25,181 bases of DNA. Origin: a virus. Taxonomy: Duplodnaviria > Caudoviricetes. Within the stretch, counting starts at the first letter, position 1. Each line of letters opens with the position of its first letter. The translations under genes were made by a program, and so were the position numbers. Under the pieces are notes generated by a model. That model saw nothing but the letters and a program-made list of their open reading frames with translations, was not told where the DNA came from and made no database searches. Shown here one piece after another: positions 18,701 through 25,181 of the stretch. The DNA is taken from positions 1-25,181 of IMG/VR virus record IMGVR_UViG_3300025112_000171. One strand, written 5' to 3'.

Positions 18701-20180
18701 TTTCCTCTTCCCAGGGAGGTATTGGGAAGGCCCTATTTCTATAGAAAAATTGGAATTTTGGATCGTTTATATCAAACTTAAAAGTTCTAATATAAAACAA
18801 TTCTGGGAAGAACAGAACAGCTTTAAGAAGTATATTATCCACAACCATTCTGATATTATTATCCATATTTTGTGGATCATAATTATCAATATAATTTTTA
18901 GCTTTCTCAGCAGAGAAAGAATCAAAACTATCGAATAATGTAGTATCAGTTTTTATTAAATAATATAATAAGTTTGGTACATAAGACTCATAAAATTCGG
19001 ATATAGCTGAAAGCTGTATGCCTACTGTTGGTAATACAGTAGTAATAGCATTGTGCAATCCAACCTTAGTTCCCTTTTGTTTATATAACTTTGTTGCCCC
19101 ACGGATCTGTCTGCGCCAAGAGTCTGGGCTAGATCCATATAAAGTCCAACCTATTAAATCAGCTATATAAGGAAGGAATTCTTCAGGACACTTTTCTATA
19201 TCATAAATATTAGATAATTTACTTACAGCATTATTAGTATCAAAAAAAGAATAAGATAGGGATTGCAAGAATCTAGCAAATGGAGCAGCCAACTCCTCCC
19301 CTTCCAAAAAGTCTCCTGTAGTTATATAATTTAAAAAGGCATCCTTAATGTATGGGTCGTCTTTATTTAAATGCTGCTCAGAGTAAACAATATCTATTAA
19401 TGTTTTAATAGCTGATAAATTCTGAATACCACTAGTATACACCCCACCCGCAGGGGCATACATTCCTGGTAGTATACTAGGGTATGTAGCTGAAAGATTT
19501 TCCCAATCTCTCCATAAGTATTCTGTTAATCCTTTTATACCTGTATTAGTATCGAAAGTAATGGCATCGAAATATACATCACTAATAGCACTAGCCACAT
19601 AGGAGGAAGGTGAGAAAGCATCTGCGGTAGATCCTTTAGTATTTAAAAAGTAAGCCCAACCTAACTTATCTACAAGGTACTCATGAGTCCCCTCTGATGT
19701 ATTAGAAAACGCACTAGCCGTATTGTCGGCCATGTTCCCAGTGTTTAAAACTATTTTAGGGAGGACAGTATCCTCCAAAAAAGATCTAAAGGTGGCTCTT
19801 TGGTCGGCAGATTCTATAGCAACAGAGTTATCTTTAGTAAAGAAAGTACATTTTTTTCCAGTGTACTCCCCCGCACAATACCCCAAGGGATGAAGTATGT
19901 CTAATTCAAATGTTCTAGAGGTAACCTCTGTAAGATTATTTTCTATTACAAACCACCTAGATAGCCCAGGCACTGTTCCTATATCCGAGTAATTGGTAGT
20001 TGCGGATATTGCTAATATGTTAGGTTCGTTTATACAAAAGTTAATGTGGCTATTTACTAGAGTGTCGGTCAGTTTGCGCTGAGTACCACTTAAATCATAG
20101 TCCTCCGCAAAATAAAATGCGGGAACTACCTTTTCTATTGAGTCTAAATACTCTCTTTTGTATTTTTTATTACTAGCCAT
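15708..20180 (-). CDS. Large baseplate wedge protein containing phage tail protein I (P2 gpI / T4 gp7-like) domain
   Basis: 1490 aa. YDIEKCPEEFLPYIADLIGW...WRRQIRGATKLYKQKGTKVGL (about 19050-19210) is the gpI-family signature. It lies directly downstream of the gp6-like gene. Confidence 0.8.
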   Translation of the reverse strand: MASNKKYKREYLDSIEKVVPAFYFAEDYDLSGTQRKLTDTLVNSHINFCINEPNILAISATTNYSDIGTVPGLSRWFVIENNLTEVTSRTFELDILHPLGYCAGEYTGKKCTFFTKDNSVAIESADQRATFRSFLEDTVLPKIVLNTGNMADNTASAFSNTSEGTHEYLVDKLGWAYFLNTKGSTADAFSPSSYVASAISDVYFDAITFDTNTGIKGLTEYLWRDWENLSATYPSILPGMYAPAGGVYTSGIQNLSAIKTLIDIVYSEQHLNKDDPYIKDAFLNYITTGDFLEGEELAAPFARFLQSLSYSFFDTNNAVSKLSNIYDIEKCPEEFLPYIADLIGWTLYGSSPDSWRRQIRGATKLYKQKGTKVGLHNAITTVLPTVGIQLSAISEFYESYVPNLLYYLIKTDTTLFDSFDSFSAEKAKNYIDNYDPQNMDNNIRMVVDNILLKAVLFFPELFYIRTFKFDINDPKFQFFYRNRAFPIPPWEEEKFYSTCDITDELLAFLERELVCLGVRPINSQAFRSFVGDHTVNGSVDTKFYNNGFFFLTSSVYQPPNRDYLFDNFEVDKYDFIPLWSGKSSHFDVDVSSGSFDAAFFQGLGFSKQDFFQSLAIVDSFSPSKAIPQTRVNLDNTDNLSSLDYICPSMRYWVDDVTLSGVQAGSHTSGMDFRSIVGTMGSSYTSPPNSIRSFVNHNDKTVFDRSFIDGPFDHANLMGSSITVPPLTNLYRNAMRRRNFEKNLQKGGLYTRTGFNMPSYFNTSSQDLKAEYQPLGLLNLIFKYHKVLNPFNLYEVSSCPYNLDVWSECWGLDSTRVMSGIPASSTFDIRGSASVEVSTCNSYVARERTPEFYKYLHKIRDKKFEYQAKYLAEKNKFLLDLSSFQNSVVSIKNDLWNKYEYTEEETNNTILGQRRLSRGSLAGIHKSFKDYITYYNGHSVGNGLLDTQKDGGLNILSHAYGPLVYNGNFTVEGSGVDTSSQFIGRAISEEKPFSVKDLSGISNITASSTDDLYVGGPEYRNPYLLSGVEFTDLSAGYSKFTIFNLDPSTTVKGEPSALARNPIVLCKPSGALSRLRYDVRSYGPSTNLLIPEHDFEIDLRAFIATEDSHTLGGGSYGVWIHTDTETDYYGNKVFWTYMPNGKWELTYPSVISGTTGPQYVKNTLSHTLKYDEVYEVAENVDICILSKSTKDVLMDITPSSFLHKVVNFNTNNAPIRVPLSYYQYKEQVHRTNQNYIIEVFMYDTFDKAKFGVIDQFSIRDITQNSRLHHKHSFPYSDYEEINKPEQQSSKFLYKDGGAVPSGVYIWVDYSGEITASGGDKVTLKESTGPGISNTKATLYSKVKATEYSKWVKDANGKALKVADRIYAGPILLGASSTMLEPSTITIVGTTKGSNITKDVSLYIPYSEDETLAILREFNRLQQDLAARNSSIAEKDIYIGQRLPGGGEAADRYGLSGGSRLSYRAAPMWSQPGGHVTFVTNNNQYTKIHLEN

Positions 20181-21799
20181 TATACATAGTTAACATTGAT
20201 AACCGTATTATTCAATTGAATAATTTCATTAAAATCTACAGAGATAAGTTCTTCCTCGAAATTATCTATAGTAGAAAATTTAACTTCCTCTATACCAAAA
20301 ATAACCCTATTTAAAGAAGCAAAGGAAATACTATCTCCAAAATCCACATTATCAGATAAGAAGTAGTCTTTAATAACATTAGATACTTTAGTTACCAAAG
20401 TACTTTCTACACCTTGAAATCTACGATCTATATTTACAGTAACTATTAAATCTAAAGTTCTTATAAGCCCATCAGATATAACAACATCATCTGTTATTAA
20501 TTTCTTTTCAGAGATAGCAGTTAATAATGCGTTTTTAAAAGAAATAGAAGCTTTTTGTAACTGAAGACTACTAGCTTTTTCTAAGATATATAAATCAATT
20601 ATATTAGCAGACGAGTATGCTTTTCTAGCTACCACAGTTGCCTTCCCTGTAGTGCCAGCAGGGGACACAAACCTACTAGCAAATGTAGCGTAATCGTCTA
20701 AGGAGACTATTCTATCTTGCCGTTTAAAAGCTAAGGGGCCATACTTCTTGGCATGGTCCATTGTTTCCGCATCTGCACCTCCTGTGGCTATTTGGGTCTG
20801 CTCTAACCTAAAAGAAGCATCTTCGGTGTCATAGGTCCCTGCTATCAAAGTATTTATGTATCCGTCTGGTACATTCCCCCTGTCCCCACCACCTACTCTG
20901 TAAGTTACAATATAATCAGAGTTGTTAGTAGGGGATACCCCATTAGTTCCATTTCCAAATATTATTTTAGCTTTAAATTGATCATCATATATTACCTGAA
21001 ACATCTTATCACTAGAGGAGGAAGCCTGATACAAATCTTCTACCTGTCTAAATGCCCCAGAGGTAGCTATGTCCGATGACTCTAGGAAAACTTGTACACT
21101 ATTTTGGATTACAGGAGAGTTCTCTAAAGAAATACTTTTAAAGGTGTCTAATTGTGAGAAAGTTCCGCTCTCGGTAGCAAAAGCTCCTTCCAATAAAACA
21201 ACATCCCAAGAGTTCTCCACTCCTGGTGTATAGTTAGCAGCAGTTATTTCTAAGTCAGCATTATAATCATCTAAAGGAGAAACCACTCCATCAATAGCTT
21301 TATATATAGTATAGGTTACTGGCTCTCCATCCTCTGGTGATGTAACAACCACAACCCTATTTTCAGCATCTAATTCTATAGCTTTATCCAAAACAGTAGA
21401 AGAGTCGTCAGGCATAGTTAACTTAGCTACGGCTTGGGCCGATGTAGGACCCTTCATAGAAACTCCTACCAATTGAAATAACTTTCTTACGCTCTCTCTA
21501 TCTTTAGCAGTGTGAATAAAATTTTCATGAGCTAACATGTCTGCCTTCATAGACATTATTGCTCCCATATAGGAAACTAATTCAACTAGCATTATACCTA
21601 AATCTGATTCTATAAAATTATTATAATCTACAGGGTATATTGCCCTAATGTACTCTAGCAAAGAAGCCCTTAAAGACGCAAAATCTGTGGCAGTAAAATC
21701 TATATAAGATGATTTTATATTATCTGAAATTTTAATGGCTTTCATAAAGTCAGATGCTACATCTGTAAATGGTACAGTCTTATTTGTATTAATACTCAT
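20180..21799 (-). CDS. Baseplate wedge subunit (T4 gp6-like / baseplate J family)
   Basis: 539 aa. Motifs DFTATDFASLRASL..Y...YNNFIESDLGIMLVELVSY, IIFGNGTNG..P, YRVGGG.RGN and ATGGADAET......YGP.....QDRIVSLDDY are characteristic of gp6. Confidence 0.92.
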   Translation of the reverse strand: MSINTNKTVPFTDVASDFMKAIKISDNIKSSYIDFTATDFASLRASLLEYIRAIYPVDYNNFIESDLGIMLVELVSYMGAIMSMKADMLAHENFIHTAKDRESVRKLFQLVGVSMKGPTSAQAVAKLTMPDDSSTVLDKAIELDAENRVVVVTSPEDGEPVTYTIYKAIDGVVSPLDDYNADLEITAANYTPGVENSWDVVLLEGAFATESGTFSQLDTFKSISLENSPVIQNSVQVFLESSDIATSGAFRQVEDLYQASSSSDKMFQVIYDDQFKAKIIFGNGTNGVSPTNNSDYIVTYRVGGGDRGNVPDGYINTLIAGTYDTEDASFRLEQTQIATGGADAETMDHAKKYGPLAFKRQDRIVSLDDYATFASRFVSPAGTTGKATVVARKAYSSANIIDLYILEKASSLQLQKASISFKNALLTAISEKKLITDDVVISDGLIRTLDLIVTVNIDRRFQGVESTLVTKVSNVIKDYFLSDNVDFGDSISFASLNRVIFGIEEVKFSTIDNFEEELISVDFNEIIQLNNTVINVNYV

Positions 21800-22239
21800 A
21801 TTGTTATCTCCACATCTATTGGTTGAGCGTGTAAAGAACTCATTACTGTTAAGCTTATTAGTAGTCCTGGCATTCCATAACCTTTTATATTGTCGTCCCC
21901 CACAACTCTAGCACTCAACAAAACTATATTAGAAGCATATACTGCCATAGCTCTTTGTATGTCCTGTGTTATCTCAGCCGCTCTATCGGAAGTTAATGGA
22001 TTAAACAGGTAACGCTCTAAATCCAATCCAAATTCAGGGAGCATTACCCGCTCCCCCTTTCTTGTCCTGAGTAGCTGCATCATCTGTGCTTTTACTAGAT
22101 GCCTACCCGAAGCTTTATTGAAGAGAGGTTCATTGGAAAGTTTACCTATAGGCCAACCCAACCCATGCACTTTGGTTTTCAGATCACCTATGGTGTTATG
22201 TAAAACTTCCTCAGACGCTACTTTTCCGTATAGTACCAT
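21796..22239 (-). CDS. Baseplate wedge subunit / sheath initiator (T4 gp25 / GPW family)
   Basis: 147 aa with the signature LLRTRKGERVMLPEFGLDL..YLFNP. It lies immediately upstream of the gp6-like gene. Confidence 0.92.
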   Translation of the reverse strand: MVLYGKVASEEVLHNTIGDLKTKVHGLGWPIGKLSNEPLFNKASGRHLVKAQMMQLLRTRKGERVMLPEFGLDLERYLFNPLTSDRAAEITQDIQRAMAVYASNIVLLSARVVGDDNIKGYGMPGLLISLTVMSSLHAQPIDVEITI

Positions 22240-22242
22240 TTT

Positions 22243-25181
22243 TTATAAATCCATATTCTCGAAAAACTTCCTTTGGTGATTGTAATTCGTTACAACCTCA
22301 TTTTTATTTAGAGCTTTGCCATACATTTTTAAACTTCCTACATACCCATTATAAGAACTCATGATCCCCGAACCTGTATCTAAGAAGCCACCAGAAGAAG
22401 TAGCTAAGTTTATATCTCTACCATCAGACCACCCACCACCGACTATCCAGGGAGTAAACAATGTATTATTCTTAGGTCCGTTATCGAATAAATGAACATC
22501 ACTATACTGATCTACCGTACCAGAAGTATATTCAAAACTACTAGTAGACTCAGTATTGGGTACTATGAAAGACGGTACTTGTGGTGCTGCTCCCGCATCT
22601 CTACCAAAAATATTTGATAATGTATCAGTCTTAAGTAAGTTGCCGTTTATATAAAAGTTAAGCTTGTCTCCCCCTACATCGAAGACCACGCTGATATTAA
22701 CAAATTTATTTACACAGTCTTTTAACTTTACATCGTTAACCATTAGCTCATCAGATACAGTAAACTTTAATATCTCCCCTACATCATTATCACACCCTGC
22801 CGCTTTTGTAAATCCAACAGCACTAGTATTATAAGATCTAGTAGGGGCTATAAAGAATACAGTGGAAGGAGTACCTATGTTTAAAGTAGCATCATCCCCT
22901 GTAGCAAAATAAGACAACCCTAGAGATGCACTTGTTTGTGTGGCAGATACCCCAGGGTCACCATCATTTGGACCACCTACATCCGATAAAGTATATAGAG
23001 CATACCCTGAAGGGCTTGAAGAATGGGAAGACGCAGTATACCCGTCCCCACTACTAGCTTGCGCCCCCACCGTATATATCATTGTGCCATTGCTACTTAC
23101 ACTGAATGTTCCACTGGCTTGCGTTAGGGCTTGCGGTAGGTTGATTGGTTGGCTGTGGAGGTGAGCAGCCTTGGTAGCAGATAAAGTCCATACACCACTA
23201 GCACCAGCAGCATACGGATGCCCTCCACTAGGCGTAATACTGTCCACTATACCCCCAAAATAATATCTGGGATCAAAATCATTGGGTCCTACGGTTACCG
23301 CACTCCCGTTATAATACATTCTTGGGTCTCTAGAGAACCCCATAACCATCCCTTTCACTGAATCAGACGAATTATCTATAGCGAGAGAGGATGCACTAAT
23401 GTTCTTATTCTCCCCACCCGTATTCTCACACCCTAATAATACTCTATAGTAGTGACCATCACACCATTTACCCTCACTAGAGCTTAGAGCAAACCCAAAA
23501 GAACTAAGTGGGGAGGGATGTTTCCACCAACCTTCTTCTTGTTCATATAGCCCTGGCATGTAAGTCCAGAAGTCTATAGTAGCCCCTCTTGAGTTATATA
23601 ATAAGTTCTGGTAATCAGTAGTGTCAGGAAGTCTAATGTAGTTCCCAGTGTCAGAGATTTTGAACTCATGACTACTCCAAGTTTCCCCCGTGAAATCAAC
23701 AAAAGAATCTAATTTATTTCTTACAGGTATTCCTGTTAAGTAAGGTAGCCCTAAACCTTGCTGAAATAGGACTGGAGGATTATTAGTAACTGTTTGTGCC
23801 CTATTTTCTGTCCCAACAGCATTACAATTTAAGGTATTAAAAACAGTAGAGTCTGGTAACTGGAAATTAACATCTGTAAAGTTATAAACAGCTATTAGAT
23901 CTGAGGTTGTTATACCCGTTACTAGTGATAATCTACTAGGTTCTGTCTCCAAGTCTTCTCCATCTATGATACTTCCTGCACCAGGAGGGGTTACTAATAG
24001 AGGAGTTACTGATACAGTAGCAGTACTTCCTGAAGCATGAACATATTTAGGAACTATAGGTAGGATAACCCCGCTTACCTCCCCATGATCAAACGCAATA
24101 TTCTTTTGTTGGCTTATAGAAATGTCTAAGTTAATGGAACTAAGATAAGAGAAATCATTAATAGGGACATTTCCAGGGGAGTAGGGTGATTGAAATCCAA
24201 ATACATCAAAAGTTTTTGCAGCAGCCTCGATCTGCTTCTTTCTTTTATTAATTTTACTATTAAATGATGCACTTTCAGAGACAATCTGCTGTTCAAAGTT
24301 TAAGTAAATAGCTGAGTCTGTAGTATACCCATTAGCTTTTAAATCTACTAAATTATCTTGTATATCATTAATTCTTTTATTTTTTTGTGAAATCATAAAA
24401 GGAATTAGATGATCACTGTCGTACCATACCTGTAAATCTTTACTTTCGTCAATAACATTAAGATCAAATATGGTATCTACATACCTATTCAAATCATCCA
24501 ACGAATAACTAGTTCCCCTACCCCCCAAGTTAGGAGCATGGTCCAATAACCATCTACTTTCGTCAGGAACAAATTCTAAAGCAGATAAGTCAGTAATAGT
24601 CGGAACTCCCGTAGGAGATCCACTCGTACCATATTCTCTAGTTTGAGAATCATAATATAAACCATCTACCGATAATATGAACTGTCCACTCTTAGCTTTG
24701 GGAGGACCAAAAGTTAGTCTGAAAATTGGCTCCACTACTTCTTCCTCATCAACAAATACAGGAATTAACGCTGGGTTAGCCTCCCTTTCTTGAAATATTA
24801 ATTCAATCTTTGCTTGAAAGTCTTCTGCTTTACTTAAAAAGTCGTATACAGCCGCAGTTTGGGCAGAAAAAATTGCAAGTTTAGCGGGAGTAACAGATAA
24901 TTGTTCAGGACCCAAGATATTGGACTTATTTTCTACACCATTTAACCAATCCTTATACTGCGTCAGGCAGCCCTCTATCTGCGTTACAAACTCTGATGCG
25001 TTTGCATAACCTTCCCCTATAGCAGTTAGAAAACCAGCAAGTTCTCCCAAAACACTAGTACCATAGCTATCAACCCCAAATATAGAGTTATCTGATATGA
25101 AAGCAAACTTTCCTGTCACAGAATCGTACTCTACAATACCCAAATCCTGAAATATAGTACTATAAATGTTAGCAAGAAGAC
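22243..25181 (-). CDS. Large structural protein with C-terminal LamG/concanavalin-A-like domain; 5'-truncated by window edge
   Basis: The frame stays open upstream of the track's TTG 25143 to the edge (..LLANIYSTIFQDLGIVE). LamG-like motifs: ATIDFW, FVNISVVFD...LNFYING, YNGYVGSLKMYGKALNKNEV..NY. A central coiled-coil-like segment is also present. Confidence 0.75.
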   Translation of the reverse strand, partial: LLANIYSTIFQDLGIVEYDSVTGKFAFISDNSIFGVDSYGTSVLGELAGFLTAIGEGYANASEFVTQIEGCLTQYKDWLNGVENKSNILGPEQLSVTPAKLAIFSAQTAAVYDFLSKAEDFQAKIELIFQEREANPALIPVFVDEEEVVEPIFRLTFGPPKAKSGQFILSVDGLYYDSQTREYGTSGSPTGVPTITDLSALEFVPDESRWLLDHAPNLGGRGTSYSLDDLNRYVDTIFDLNVIDESKDLQVWYDSDHLIPFMISQKNKRINDIQDNLVDLKANGYTTDSAIYLNFEQQIVSESASFNSKINKRKKQIEAAAKTFDVFGFQSPYSPGNVPINDFSYLSSINLDISISQQKNIAFDHGEVSGVILPIVPKYVHASGSTATVSVTPLLVTPPGAGSIIDGEDLETEPSRLSLVTGITTSDLIAVYNFTDVNFQLPDSTVFNTLNCNAVGTENRAQTVTNNPPVLFQQGLGLPYLTGIPVRNKLDSFVDFTGETWSSHEFKISDTGNYIRLPDTTDYQNLLYNSRGATIDFWTYMPGLYEQEEGWWKHPSPLSSFGFALSSSEGKWCDGHYYRVLLGCENTGGENKNISASSLAIDNSSDSVKGMVMGFSRDPRMYYNGSAVTVGPNDFDPRYYFGGIVDSITPSGGHPYAAGASGVWTLSATKAAHLHSQPINLPQALTQASGTFSVSSNGTMIYTVGAQASSGDGYTASSHSSSPSGYALYTLSDVGGPNDGDPGVSATQTSASLGLSYFATGDDATLNIGTPSTVFFIAPTRSYNTSAVGFTKAAGCDNDVGEILKFTVSDELMVNDVKLKDCVNKFVNISVVFDVGGDKLNFYINGNLLKTDTLSNIFGRDAGAAPQVPSFIVPNTESTSSFEYTSGTVDQYSDVHLFDNGPKNNTLFTPWIVGGGWSDGRDINLATSSGGFLDTGSGIMSSYNGYVGSLKMYGKALNKNEVVTNYNHQRKFFENMDL

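Noticed and set aside
2471-22239. Extracellular contractile injection system / T6SS interpretation of gp25, gp6, gpI and PAAR
   Set aside because: A T4-type prohead protease and head-core-like genes are co-oriented and adjacent, indicating a true phage.
963-23164. Remaining short plus-strand ORFs and nested minus-strand ORFs in the track (e.g. 3056-3340, 4941-5159, 12505-12720, 13010-13423, 15179-15469)
   Set aside because: They overlap long, motif-supported genes and show no recognisable motifs or initiation signals.
1-25181. Alternative genetic code (TAG or TGA reassignment)
   Set aside because: Genes tile the window fully under code 11 with no internal stops, and TGA is used as a stop at coupled junctions. 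Absence of TAG among 14 stops is weak evidence in AT-rich DNA.
25141-25181. TTG 25143 as the true start, with TATAAATG nearby as a promoter
   Set aside because: The frame is open to the window edge, so the gene probably starts outside; the motif is on the non-coding strand.

Overview
The window is a continuous, minus-strand, AT-rich virion-morphogenesis region of a large T4-like (contractile-tailed) bacteriophage. No host genes, RNA genes, mobile elements or CRISPR arrays are visible. In transcription order (right to left) it holds: a 5'-truncated LamG-domain protein, gp25-like and gp6-like baseplate wedge genes, a 1490-aa protein with a P2 gpI/T4 gp7-like domain, three paralogous tail-collar-like proteins (two carry inserted jelly-roll modules), two putative fibre proteins sharing an N-terminal motif, an 893-aa protein with a 31-Cys N-terminus, and a PAAR tip protein. 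After the only sizeable intergenic gap come three small putative head-core proteins and a T4 gp21-type prohead protease. The ORF track missed the protease because it runs off the left edge. The most unusual feature is in this protease. After an intact catalytic domain the frame stays open for more than 190 extra codons. This extension contains an in-frame, near-identical 19-aa cassette (QQxSSTQFVNFMRDKLMEA, ending in a gp21-type L-x-E site) that alternates with unrelated Arg/Lys/Ala-rich segments, suggesting a self-processing polyprotein. All family assignments come from motifs recognised by eye; no searches were run.
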